From Octopus vulgaris (lineage: Eukaryota): a stretch of 64,000 nucleotides of DNA. The DNA lies in the NCBI GenBank assembly GCA_951406725.2, contig OX597822.1, forward strand, positions 51,956,001 to 52,020,000, given 5' to 3'. The notes beneath the pieces were generated by a model that was not told the DNA's origin, searched no databases, and saw only the letters and a list, made by a program, of their open reading frames with translations. This document shows, piece by piece, positions 28,085 to 41,253 of this stretch; position 1 is the first letter of the stretch; each line of letters begins with the position of its first letter. The position numbers and the translations under genes were made by a program.

Positions 28085-28900
28085 ATGAAAACCCAGCTTA
28101 TTTTGCTGGGTATGATGGAAAGTGTCAGCAGTCCACAACCAGCAGACTAAGGTAACAATTGTTTACTGGTCGCCCTTTGAGAACCTTGCGAAGAATTATT
28201 ACAGTTCTAAGCAAAGCTTATTTGTGTAAGGGTACTATATTTACATTTGTACCAATCTTTTTGAGCTATGCTGGCGGTTGACTGCTGATACTTCCAAGTG
28301 CGCAAATTAATTTTGCTATCATGTCAACTCTCTTTACTGACCACAACCTTCCCACTTCAAATCATCGTAGTTGTATAGTTTTTCTTCTTTCTCTTTGATC
28401 CTGTTGTCACCGGTATATGCTATATCCATTATCATGCATGTTCTTTCTTTTTTATTTATCACAATGATATCAGGTTTCCGATCTCTGGTCAAGTGATCGC
28501 ACTGAATCATTGCATCCCACAGAATTTTGCAATTCTCATTCTCGGTGACTCCTTATGGAATTTTCTCATACCACGATTTTGCTCTTTGTAGGCCGTGTTT
28601 TCCACAGACCTCCCAATGGATCATTCTTTCCACATTATCATGTCGTCGTTTTTATTCACGTTGTGCCAATTTCGGGTATTCGCTAACGATGTGCCGTTTC
28701 ACCCCTTTCACCAAACATTCTGCATTTGTCGCTGTCGGTAGTGCTGTCGATTTTGCACTTCACATAGTTAGTCCTTGACGCTTGTTCGTGCACCGCATAT
28801 ATAAGTACTTCTCTCTCTATCTTCATGTCACACCTTCTCATCCATAGCTACCGGTCTTCTGTATCTATCTTGGCGTTCGTATCTTTCTCAAACTGACCGC
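28085..28900 (-). mobile_element. Second R4/Dong-like LINE 3' portion
   Basis: GQFEKDT..EQASRTNYVKCKID...KCRM.GERGET (zinc-knuckle region), followed by decayed RLE sequence. Confidence 0.75.
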
Positions 28901-28947
28901 TATAATAATATTAATTGACCAATATTAATACTGACAATATTAATAAT

Positions 28948-29170
28948 AAGGCGGCGAGCTAGCAGACTCGTTAGCACGCCGGGCGAAATGCGTAGCCGTA
29001 TTTCGTCTGCCGTTACGTTCTGAGTTCAAATTCCGCCGAGGTCGACTTTGCCTTTCATCCTTTCGGGGTCGATAAATTAAGTACCAGTTACGCCCTGGGG
29101 TCGATGTAATCGACATAATCCGTTTGTCCCCTCTGTGTTTAGCCCCTTGTGGGCAGTAGTGAAAAAAATA
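28948..29170 (+). mobile_element. SINE family A, full length
   Basis: ggcggcgagctagcagactcgttagc head, gagttcaaattcc B box, Nin/Deu-like domain; preceded by (TAA)n. Confidence 0.9.
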
Positions 29171-29689
29171 AATAAATATTAATACTGACACTAATAGTTC
29201 TATGATTGACATTCGTAATAATAATAGACCTGTGTGGGAATTTAACAAGTATAATGTTTGTGGTGATAATTTTGCCAAAACTAATGGTTTTCATTCGAAC
29301 GGTAATTATAGCAGTGAATGTCAAAACATAATTAACAACACTAGAGTAAGTATAGCGGTACTGATAATCTAAGTGGTACCCTTAAATTACGCAAATTTAG
29401 ATATCGCAAATCCAAAAGCCGGATGAACTCATACAGGGATGATGTATTCTGGTGTAATCCACCTTGTACAACGAATATAATTATGAAATCTTCTAAGTGA
29501 TTCGCATATTTTTACATAAAAAAATGTTCCCCCATCCACTAAATATTATCATATCTTTAATTAATAGAGGATAAAATTATAAGAAGTCCATTTTCATGTT
29601 TGTATAATCTAAATAATAATATAACGGGGTTAAATCGAGGTAATATCAACATAGGCCGTCGCAATACAAGTAGTATCAATGATAATGGT

Positions 29690-29845
29690 GAAGATGATGG
29701 TGATGTTGATGGTGATGATGATGATGTTGAGGAGGTGGTGGTGGTGGTGGTGGTGGTGGTGGTGGTGGTGGTGGTGGTGGTGGTGGTGGTGGTGGTGGTG
29801 GTGGTGATGGTGGTGGTGGTGATGATGATGATGATGATGATGACG
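29690..29845. repeat. (GGT)n/(GAT)n microsatellite
   Basis: Read directly. Confidence 0.97.
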
Positions 29846-30329
29846 CTGATGGAGTTAATGACAGGAATAATAACATTATTAATATCAATATAACTCCTTT
29901 TAATTTCTCTATAAATTAGAATATTTATTTTTTTCAATAACACTCATCCAAATATGTTGGTTAAATTTCTCATCTCACTTGTTTCCACCAGGTTAAAATT
30001 TTACCCGAATATGGTTCGATATATTCTATGACGTAATCTATGAATATACCACATACAACTCTACCAAAACAGCTGCTGTAAATTATAAATTTGATTCATC
30101 TTCATTCTTACACCTACGGCATGATTCCGATTGACAGTTACTGGATTTGAAACTTACATATCTACACTGCCCTAGCAACACATAATATCTTCAGGGTGGA
30201 TTTATTTCACTGTAAAATCTATGCTGTTGTACCTACCAACTGATGTCCTCCGTATTGATGTGCTTGGATGCTAATGAATCCAATAACTAATCAATATATA
30301 TGTGTGTGTATGTGTGTGTACATAGTCAC

Positions 30330-30710
30330 AGTAGTGGCTGTGTGTTAAGTAGCTTGCTTACCAACCACAGGGTTCTGGTTTCAGTCCCACTGCGCGGCAC
30401 CTTGGGCAAGTGTCTTCTACTATAGCTTCGGGCCGACCAAAGCCTTGTGAGTGGATTTGGTAGATGGAAACTGAAAGATGCCCGTCGTATATACGTGTGT
30501 GTGTGTCTGTGTTTGTCCCCCAGCATCGCTTGACAACCGATGCTGGTGTGTTTACGTCTCTGTAACTTAGCGATTCGGCAAAAGAGACCGATAGAATAAG
30601 TACTAGGCTTACAATGAATAAGTCCTGGGGTTAATTTCTTCGACTAAAGGCGGTGCTCCAGCATGGCCACAGTCAAATGACTGAAACAAGTAAAAGTGTA
30701 AAAAGAGAAT
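30330..30710 (+). mobile_element. tRNA-derived SINE family B, near full length
   Basis: A box gtggctgtgtgttaag, B-box-like gtttcagtccc, caccttgggcaagtgtctt core, and LINE-like tail ggcggtgctccagcatggcc. Confidence 0.9.
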
Positions 30711-30732
30711 ATATATATATATATATATATAT

Positions 30733-31342
30733 ACAGATAAAGGGTGAAATATTATTAATTTAATAAAATCAACAAACTTCGCCAAGTAGTTTTTCGGTAT
30801 GAAGATGGACCATATTCGGTAAAATTATATATAATTATAACAATGAGGGTCTTTGCAACAGGTTGCTAGACCATAGTTCACCCTTTATCTGTATTGATTA
30901 TTTTATTCCCCTACGACGGAACTACGAATTCATTTTCGGCAGTATTATTTGTGACTCACGTGGGGGAAATTCTGGAGGGAGATACGAATTCACTTGTCTA
31001 TATAAATGTGGATATGCTGGTGGGCTTCTATATGTCCGATGTCGCTTGTTCGGAATATGGTGGTAAGATTTTTCTGGCATTTTCAGATTTATTTATCGGA
31101 ATATTATGTTGATAAAGGAAATGAATCTCTGATTTTAATCCAGAAACATGCGTCCATAATTGACCGGACATTGTTTGATTTCGTTATTTTTCTTGTTTTT
31201 TGTTTTTTTTTGCCATAGTGAATTACAAATACTGTTGTTTGTGGGACATATTTTTGAAGTAAAAGAAATAACAGTCGTCTGGCTGCTATTTCTAATACTT
31301 TCGGTATGTGGTCTAGCAACCTGTTGCAAAGACCCTCATTGT

Positions 31343-31350
<8 letters not shown>
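30733..31350. mobile_element. Fold-back element in (TA)n with hammerhead
   Basis: Perfect 39-bp arms at 30835-30873 and 31309-31347; tail at 30733-30830. Confidence 0.8.
31103..31160 (+). ncRNA. Type-I hammerhead motif, U3-A8 variant
   Basis: ATTATG-TTGATAA-AGGA..TCCA-GAAA-CATGCG-TC-CATAAT, with a 6-bp stem I. Confidence 0.7.
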
Positions 31351-31426
<76 letters not shown>

Positions 31427-31561
31427 TATATATATATATATATGTATGAATATATATGTATATTTATATATGTGTATATATATATGCATATATATGCATT
31501 TACATATACATATATATACATATGTATATATACACACACACATACACACACACACACACAC

Positions 31562-32205
31562 ATAGGAGACACTGATGGTCCTACGGAAAACATTCGTCCT
31601 CAGCCGCTTGGACTACTGCTCCCAACTGTGGTCACCACACAATATAAAACTAACAGCAGAACTCGAAGCAATTCAGAGAAGCTACACAAAGAAAATCGTC
31701 TCAATGCAAAATATCAGCTACTGGGAAAGACTGAAGGTATTAAACTTCTTCTCCCTAGAGCGGAGGCAGGAGAGATATGCGGTGATATACATCTGGAAAT
31801 CCTGGAGGGTCTTGACCCAAACTTTGGCATTCAAAGTTACCCCAACCGCACAACGGGGCGCCACTGCATGGTGCCAAGGATTCCAACATCACCATCAAAA
31901 TACAGGTCCAGATACTGCAACAGCTTGGGTTTCAGAGGACTACAGCTCTTTAACATCCTCTCTAAATGCCTGAGAGACTTACATGGTGTGGATGTGGGTT
32001 TCTTTAAAACTAAACTGGATCTCTTCTTGTCGGGAGTCCCAAATGAACCTACTTCACGACAAGAGACACAGATGCGGGCAGCAGCATCGAACTCCCTTGT
32101 TGATCAAGTGCCACGTATCAGAGGTGGATTCACAAATTAGTGTAGCTCATTCAGTGGTGGTGCCCCAGCATGGCCGCGGCCTTCGGGCTAAAACATTTTT
32201 TTAAG
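31562..32205 (+). mobile_element. CR1/Jockey-group LINE 3' end (5'-truncated)
   Basis: [56 protein letters not shown], one frameshift, then FKTKLDLFLSGVPNEP. Confidence 0.9.
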
Positions 32206-32602
32206 GATATATATATATATATGGCTACGAAACTGCATGGCAAAATGTCAACATGTTAAGAAATACACTGAAATCTGACATAAGCTGGGTACGATTTTCT
32301 CTCGCTTGTGTACATGCATCCTCACACATTCACACTCACTCAGAAACAGATGTATAAACGGTGCGTGATAATAAGCACACAAATAAATATAGATATATTC
32401 TCTCCATATATTTATGTATATATTTATATGGGTATGGGTACACATTTTCATAGAAAATTGTGTGTACATGTACATATATATGTGTGGCTGGGGGACATTG
32501 TATACATGTGTAAATTATACTTTGGATGTATACATTTATAATTATAGGTATGTCTATATTTGTATGCTTATGGATGTTTATACATATATGTATATATATA
32601 TA

Positions 32603-32704
<102 letters not shown>

Positions 32705-33526
32705 CACCTTATATGAGTTCATGCATGTGTTTATTTCTACATATTTATTCAAGCTACGTAAGTAATTCAAAGGCCTACATTTTTGTAAATGTCACTTAAC
32801 AAATTGAATTATAAATAAAAATCTTTCTTTCTATTTCTGAATATTTAATTACGATTGTTCTAAAGAAAGGTGTCGACTAGAAGAAAAAAAACATTGACAT
32901 ATCACGTGATAATTCAATATTTTCGAAATCTGTCATTGTAGCAAAGACAATATGAACTGAAAAAATTATTCTTAAAATCATGAGTAACGTCAAACACAAA
33001 ACTATATACAAACATACACGCACATATGAAATATTGAAACGCGCATGTGAAAATGTATAAATGCATGTATGTGTATTTCTGCACGTGCATCCGTAAGTGT
33101 GTATATGCAAGTATACTTACATATGAATAAAACACTGTGAGACATTTACGTATGTATGTATATCATATATGCATGTAAGTCTTTATACAAGCATTTACAC
33201 AAGCCGTAATCCAATGAACTGAACAAGTAGAAGATAAAATATATACACATATATTCATACATATAGTGTGTGTTTGTGTGTGTATGAGTGTTTCTATACA
33301 TGTGTTTCGTGTGTGTATGTGTATTCATTTGTAACTGTATATATAAACATGTTCTCTTTTAATCGGCAGAAATTGAAAACTATTAAATAAAAAAAATGTA
33401 TAAATACTTATGTGCTAGCTCTATCAACTTTTTCTTTGTCCCACTGAATCTATATGTATATATACATGTGCGTTGTAACTATGTGTGATCGTGCATGTCT
33501 CTCTACATGTATACATATTTACATGT

Positions 33527-33619
<93 letters not shown>

Positions 33620-33912
33620 TACGTAAGCACATAAACACTTGTGTCTGTGTGTCTGTGTGTGTCTTTATATATGTTTGTGTATTGTCGACGCTATGTCTAC
33701 AGGAGATGTAGATTGTAGTTCTATGACATTTTTCTGTTAATCCAATATTCATAAGCTATTGTTTGTAGCTTTATGAGCTTCGAATACCATTCTCCCCAAA
33801 ACTTAGTAGCAATTTAAGTATTGATAGTTAATGGGTTCGATGTGGTGCTGAAGAAAGGACAATAACTCGTGAAACGTGCATATACATCGATTTTACCTAA
33901 TTTTTACTATAT

Positions 33913-34320
33913 TCAGGGACCATTTGAGGGAAATGAGCCACACAACCTGAAGAAAATTCTACCTAGGCCCCACCTGCATGTATTCGACAGAAACCCACAA
34001 GTCAGGCACTGGATGAGTGTGTGCAAAACATTTTCTTCCCTATCTGTGCATCTCGGGCAAGCCCGACTAACTGTTCTTCGATGCTTGAAGAGTTTCTCCA
34101 CAAAGTCCTCCACAACAAGGAGCCAGTTTATTCTCGTTGACACCCAGAGCTTGTCCGAGAACGTTGGCGCTCTTTCCCGCCAGGAAACTTCTATAGAATG
34201 CCAAAGTGGAACTTCCACTGACTGTATTGCTTGACTGGCTGAGATCTGTGAGTGCCTGAAGTCATTCAAGATACCAGGCACCCAATTTCGGTCTACACTT
34301 GATGCAGGACAGCAGCGCAG
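33913..34320 (-). mobile_element. L1/Tx1-like LINE fragment (zf-RVT region)
   Basis: EKLFKHRRTVSRACPRCTDREENVLHTLIQC, a CxxC...H...C motif. Confidence 0.7.
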
Positions 34321-34324
34321 TCAA

Positions 34325-34850
34325 AGAAGAAGAAGAAGAAGAAGAAGAAGAAGAAGAAGAAGAAGAAGAAGAAGAAGAAGAAGAAGAAGAAGAAGAAGAA
34401 GAAGAAGAAGAGTTTTAACCAAGGCAACGATTATTCCTGTAGTAATTGGTGCACTTGGTAAAGCACCAGAAATGATATCTAAAACGAATGACTGAGTCTG
34501 AAACTGAAACTCGCATTGTCGACCTTCAGAAAATTACCATTCTATGGAAGAAGAAGAAGAATTGGAAGAAGAAGAAGGATTGGAAGAAGAAGAAGGATTG
34601 GAAGAAGAAGAAGAAGAAGAAGAAGAAGAAGAAGAAGAAGAAGAAGAAGAAGAAGAAGAAGAAGAAGAAGAAGAAGAAGAGTTTTAACCAAGGCAACGAT
34701 TATTCCTGTAGTAATTGGTGCACTTGGTAAAGCACCAGAAATGATATCTAAAACGAATGACTGAGTCTGAAACTGAAACTCGCATTGTCGACCTTCAGAA
34801 AATTACCATTCTATATTTTGTAAGAATTCTTAAGGGGATTCTTGAGATTT
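34325..34850 (+). repeat. (GAA)n plus duplicated R4-like LINE 3' fragment
   Basis: An apparently identical unit of about 135 bp (34411-34545 and 34680-34814) encodes TIIPVVIGALGKAP; each copy follows (GAA)n. Confidence 0.85.
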
Positions 34851-35402
34851 GAGGACAGTCGCTGCCATCAAACAACATGACAAAATATCTGCTAAATCAG
34901 TATTCACTATCGTTATAATAAACGTGATTATAACAACAATGGCTTCTGATTTAGACAACAGACAAAAAATTGTTTTCATCCCATCCATCACTTATGTGTG
35001 GCGTGAGGTGTTTGTATATTCAATTTTTGTATTCATGTATATATGTATGTGTCTACGTACAAATCGTATATATCTATTAACACTTCAAGCTGCATTGCAT
35101 GAGATTATGAGAAAGAGTTTATTTCTTAATATTGTTTTGGGAACTACAATGGAATGTCGGGTGTTTTTCAATTGCATTTTACATGAAACTCCATTGGTTT
35201 TTCAACAAAAGATTCAGAAATAGTTATATTGTAATTATCTTTTCACGTATATAAAAAGAAACGTTGTAATTTATCACTTGGGTTTATTTTGTCGTAGTTA
35301 AAACTCTAACCTCGTGTTTCATTTATTTAGTGAAATTTATATATTCCCTCCCTATCGCCTGCTGAGTTGGAGTTCTCCATTTTTCAATCCCATCCTATAT
35401 GA

Positions 35403-35461
<59 letters not shown>

Positions 35462-35627
35462 TACATATACATATATGAATGTCCCTAAACACACGCACAC
35501 ACACACGTTTGTATGCGTTAACATGCACACACGCACGCATACATGTATATATATATATATATATGAATGTGCGTGTGTTTATGTGTGTGTATGCGTGAGC
35601 ATCTGTGTGTATGTGTGTGAGTATATA

Positions 35628-35676
<49 letters not shown>

Positions 35677-35846
35677 GACACATGCATATACATGCATAAT
35701 ATACACAGAAGCATACATGCTTATATACATACATATACATACGCACACACTCATATGTATATCTATATATATATATATTTATATATATACTCATATAGCT
35801 TATGTAGATTTATGTATACGAATGTGTATATGTGTATACATATACT

Positions 35847-35906
<60 letters not shown>

Positions 35907-36075
35907 CACCTATATATGTATATTTCTACATTCATATATATACATATCTAACTATATCAGATATATGTAGTCATAAATGTGTATGTGCTAAACTATGTAT
36001 ACATATAAATTTATGAACGCACACACACACATACATACATACATACATACATACATACATACATACATACATACA

Positions 36076-36110
<35 letters not shown>

Positions 36111-37298
36111 GGAGGGTGAGGGAGAGGGAGATAGATTCTTACAATATGTTTCTGGGAATTAGGAAGCGCAGATTATCTTTTTCAACAGAGGTTAGAAGAA
36201 ACCTACACAAGTTATTGAAACTAAAATAAATTAGATGTGAAACAAATGCTATGGAATAATTTTAGCTTTGCACTCATCTTTGTTTCTATTTCATACAAAC
36301 GTAGAATTGAAATCTGTAGAAAGCAGGCGTTTTGAGGAAAACAAAAAGAAAATACATTTCGAAAAACAAAATTTAATTAATGCTGAAAAGTCGTAAAACC
36401 CAAGAGAAATGTTTGAACTCAAGGCATGTATGCTCCAATATGCAATATTGAAATTGCATTGAGTATGATATCACATGATATCAACGTTACTTTGATTGGT
36501 TTGGGAGCAAACTGAAATATGGTTCCATTCAGTTATTTTCAGTACGAAGATGAGAGTTTTCAATATAGTTGGGTATCGACAATATCAATTACTTTACTTT
36601 TTTGTTTTCATCTTAATATATATTCTTTGTTACTTATTACACCGTCAAGTTCCTTAGGGAGACATGCTTCAAAGAAATGAAATGTTATTTAAAATTAAAA
36701 TACTGAAGCAATCACGATGACATAAAGTTGGTCTATTCTTTACAAACTGGAATCGAACTCAGCACGAAGGTTAAAGAACTGAAAGACTACGATACTGCGG
36801 TACCTCGATGTACGTCGATATCTTCTTTGAGGATTATGTTATCTCAAGATAATGCCGTTAATCTCACATGTATCAATTTAACACGTAACAGGTTGTCTTC
36901 AACAAAACATTAACATCCTATGAAGCGGTTACGGAAATAAGGCTGCATGTTTAAGAACAGCTTTTACAGGTCTTTAAATTCTGTTTCAAATTATTACTTT
37001 GTGGGCAAAACTTAATTGATTTATGTTTACCTCAATCTACGAGATTAAGTTCCTTAATACAGACACTTTACTTATACAACTTCCTTCACTTTTGTCCCCT
37101 AAGTATATTGCAGATGTCATCCTCATCATCATCATTACTATCACCACCAGTATCATTATTATCAACAACTGTAAGTTAAAAATTATTTTTCTAACATCGT
37201 TTCAAATATTTTCTGGACTTATTTATTGAATCCCGATAAAACATTTGTCAACTCGTATCCACTTCATATTATTTAGAATACTTTTCAGCTTATTTACT

Positions 37299-38274
37299 GA
37301 AACGTGAATTTTTATTACAGTTATTAATATGCAATAAACACAGAACGAAGATCCAGGTATCGGACAAAAGATCTTAAAGTAGTTAGTTACGTTTCTATAA
37401 GTTCTGACCCAGAAATTCAGCAGCTATCATGAAGTGATGATGAATTATATTTGTATAACCTTACTAGAATTGTGTGGCTTTACGCAAATGTAAAGTATAA
37501 ATGGGGGCATCAGTTGGCATCAGAGAGTAAATATTAACAAAGTATTAAACTTTGATTCTTTACATATTTTCTTTTTCTTGTGGACATATAAAATATGAAA
37601 AACAAATCGAAGAAAATATGGCTGCATGTTCTTTACATTTCGTAATCGTATAATACAAGTCGATTATTTGACATTCTAAAATTTGTCGTTTCAAATATTG
37701 TCATTCATGATATAAATCATTTTAGCAGAGGGTAACTTGATTGAATCGACATGGGAACGTGTTAAATGATGCTATATGTAGTTAAGACCGTGCAAAGTTG
37801 AACTGAACTTGGGAAAACAAAATCAAATAGCATAGGATGGTATGTACCCCAATACTGTAGTGATTCTAGTGGCACGTCTCTACCTTCGGTATTTTAAATA
37901 ATAATCGTTTTTTACTTTGACCCGATGTTTTGACTTCTATGGGTGTGATATTGAGTATACTGGAACAGTTATGGTACCTATTTTATATGTCGACAAGAAA
38001 AAGAAAATATGTAAAGAATCAAAGTTCAACACTTTCTTAACATTTACTCTCAGATACCAACGGTTCCCCCATTTATACTTTACATTTGCGTAAAGCCACA
38101 CTACTCCAGTAAGATTATACTAATATAATTCATCATTACTTTACGATAGCTGCTGAATTTCTGGGTCAGAACATAGAGAAACGAAACTAACTACTCTAAG
38201 ATCTTTTGTCCGATAACTGGATCTTTGTTCTGTGTTTATTGCATATAATAAATGTAATAAAAATTCACGTTTCA
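37299..38274. repeat. Long inverted repeat, arms about 209 bp (MITE-like)
   Basis: 37299-37507 vs 38066-38274 (tgaaacgtgaatttttattaca...gtaaagtataaatggggg vs cccccatttatactttac...aaaattcacgtttca). Confidence 0.9.
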
Positions 38275-39434
38275 ATTTTTTTTTGTTTCTTTCTCAATAA
38301 AAATTGCCTTTACAGAAAGGTTTTGTTTTTTTCCTCCACTATACCGTGACAGTGTGGCTGACAAATTTGACACTGAGAATGACTTTATTCAAAGCATTTG
38401 ACGGAAATATTTTCAAGCTTTTATCTATCTGACACACACTCAACATCAATGGACCCCATAAGAAGGTGACGTTCAATATGAGTTTGTAAATTGTCGTGCA
38501 GTATTATTTACATTACCAGCACCATCCACCACCACTAGTTTGACTGATGTACAAACAATATGACCTGCCATTACTGCTTTCGGTTGTATTTTTAGACAAT
38601 CATTTTTATAGACACCTGAGTGAGAAAATCTGTCCAAATTATATTCTGCTAACGTTCTGTTTTCTCAAACAGGTGACAATAGACGTTCTACATGCCCGCA
38701 CACTAAAACAATCGGCCAGCATTTGATGTTTGGATAATAATCGGTTTTGTTGATTTTTATTTTCCCCTGCAGTTCGATTAGTCATTATAGCGTAATGCTT
38801 TAAAACATGATAACGCCTCACCTCCAACATAATATTTCCTGGTTAATTAGTTTATTCTCCGATGTTATGTTCTTTATCTACATTTAAGCACAAAGAATTT
38901 GAGTAAGTCTCCTCACATAGAATGGTAGCTTATTGCACTTATTGCATCAACGCCTTAAGATTTAACACGAAACAAAATGAAAGCACAACACTTTCTGCCA
39001 CAAATTGTTGGGTTTGCATGCTGACTATCTGCCACATCGATACACAAACACGATACGCGTAGCATTCATTGTGGACGAGATATTGCAATAAATTCAAAAT
39101 TGCACTGAGATGCATAACAAGGATTAATCTTTCCACGCGTAAAGGTTTACGCGTGCAATGCTGTAATGCCTGTTAGTAATTCAAATACCAAAGATTACGA
39201 TAATCTCATGTAGGATATTAATGTTTCACGAAAGGAACAATACTAAAAATAAATGTGCATGCATTAATGTGTAACTTCAAGCCTTATTTAAGCAAACAAC
39301 ACAAAGAATGTCATATGACAATTTTTCACCGAGTGAACCTTTTCACAACTAATTATAACGTGAGCGCTTGTATGTATGTGTATATATAAATACTCACACA
39401 CACATATACATACATATATATATATACATATATA

Positions 39435-40195
39435 TAATAGAAATATGTTACAAAAAGGAAATAGAAACTACACGTGGAAATGTAAGGGGAAAGTAAGAAA
39501 AATCAACGAAAATGCACATTGTAAATAAAAAAGAAAAGGCTTTTTATGAAAGGTAACGACAGATATATACAATTAGATGAACTGAGGTAGAAATAAAAGT
39601 AATAAAAGTCATAAAAGTCATTATTATGAGATTATTAAAGAGATTCAGGCATACCGCGGTTTCGCAATATACTATTCATTGCTTTGAATGAACAGCGGCT
39701 AATAGCCGGTGTCAGGTCTAATAGTTCCTGAGTAAAAAGATTATTTGTAAGGGAGGTAAGTAGTTCTAGATTTTGTGCAGTTAGGTTAGATATAGAATTG
39801 TAATGTGAATGGTGTAAGGGATGAATGGGGGTTAGTGGTGTTCTGTATTATATTATGTGTTCATATTTAGTTGTGGAAAATATCTATTGATGAAAGTTGC
39901 CTTTTTATTCATTCTTTGCTGCATTGATAGAAGGGGAAAATTTGGAGATTAGGATTAAGATTCCTAGCACACCTTTCTATGTGTTCACTAACCTGTAACT
40001 GTCTGTATTGTGGGTGGCGGATTTGTTCTTTGTGGATAGTGGTTCTTCGACGGAGTGATATTCCTGTTTGTCCAATATAGTTGTTACTACATCCTAAGCA
40101 TGTCATGGCATAGATTAGATTTTCCGAGACACAGGTGAAATTTGATTTGATCTTAAATATTTCACCCTGTTTGAAGAGGAATTCTGAGGAGGGTA
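39435..40195 (-). mobile_element. Penelope-like element 3' end: GIY-YIG endonuclease plus 3' UTR/pLTR
   Basis: FTCVSENLIYAMTCLGCSNNYIGQTGISLRRRTTIHKEQIR..VSEHIERC. Downstream GCAAT..ATTGC-GAAA-CCGCGG-TA (39648-39692) is a hammerhead remnant. Confidence 0.88.
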
Positions 40196-40422
40196 CAAAA
40201 AGAGACCGATAGAGTAAGTACAAGGCTTAAAACATAAGATCTGGGGTCGATTTGTTCGACTAAAATCCTTAAACACGGTGCTCCAGCATGGCCGCAGTCA
40301 AACGACTAAGACAAGTAAACTAATAAAAGAAAATATATACACATACGGGAACTCGCATATATCTGAATAGAGATTCATGTACATAAACATATACACACAA
40401 GCACATATATATATATATATAA

Positions 40423-40467
<45 letters not shown>

Positions 40468-40474
40468 TGTATGT

Positions 40475-40812
40475 AGGCGCAAGAGTGACTGTGTGGTAAA
40501 TAGCTTGCTTACCAACCACATGGTTCCAGGTTCATTCCTACTGCGTGCACCTTGGGCAAGTGTCTTCTACTATAACGTCGGGCCGACCAAAGCCTTGTGA
40601 GATTTGGTAGACGAAAACTGAAAGAGGTCCGTGGTATATATGCATATATATATACATACATGTATATGTGTATATATGTTTGTATGTCTGTGTTTGTCCC
40701 CCCAACAACGCTCGACAACCGATGCTGGTGTGTTTCCGTGTGCCCGTAACTTAGCGATTCGGCAAAAGTGACCGATAGAATAAGTACTAGGATTACAAAG
40801 AATACGTCCTGT
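40475..40812 (+). mobile_element. SINE family B (a further tail-only copy at 40198-40330)
   Basis: Aligns to 30330-30625. Confidence 0.88.
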
Positions 40813-40828
40813 TCAAAGAATACGTCCT

Positions 40829-41253
40829 ATATAAACATTATATTTATAAGCCCTAAGCATTCACTCCATGATTGCCCACGGGCATATGGCGTAATGGTTA
40901 AGAGCACGGGCTACTAATCCCAAGATTCTGAGTTCGATTCCAAGCAGTGACCTGAGCAATAATAATAGTAATATTAATAACAACGAAAATACCTTAAGTA
41001 TGAGAACCCAGGTTCGAATGTTTAGGGCTTATAAATCTAATATTTTTCTATCTTCCCTTAATACTTGTTCCCATATGCTGCTCATATTTGCACTCGGTCT
41101 GCTTAAGAGGTTGTTGTGTCCTAGCATATGTTTTGCTTCTTTTAGTTTTCGTATTTTCCAGTGATGTTCCCTGTCTATTATTTTAAAAAACCGAAACGTG
41201 ATGTTAACAACAGGCAAGAATGAATCCATTGAATGTAAATAATGTAAATAATG
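40829..41253. mobile_element. Rearranged Penelope-like 3' end with internal inversion
   Basis: Minus 41029-41188 encodes KIIDREHHWKIRKLKEAKHMLGHNNLLSRPSANMSSIWEQVL, a PLE endonuclease C-terminus. Plus-strand parts match 52395-52595. Confidence 0.75.
40880..40952 (+). pseudogene. tRNA-Arg(ACG)-like Pol III cassette (not a functional tRNA)
   Basis: GGGCATATGGCGTAATGGTTAAGAGCACGGGCTACTAATCCCAAGATTCTGAGTTCGATTCC has A and B boxes and resembles tRNA-Arg(ACG), but the acceptor stem pairs poorly. Confidence 0.75.

Noticed and set aside
38145-38200. Hammerhead in the 37299-38274 inverted repeat
   Set aside because: Both arms read CTGAATT, lacking G8 and A9.
40880-40952. Functional tRNA gene
   Set aside because: The acceptor and T stems pair poorly, the anticodon is atypical, and it sits within a repeat.
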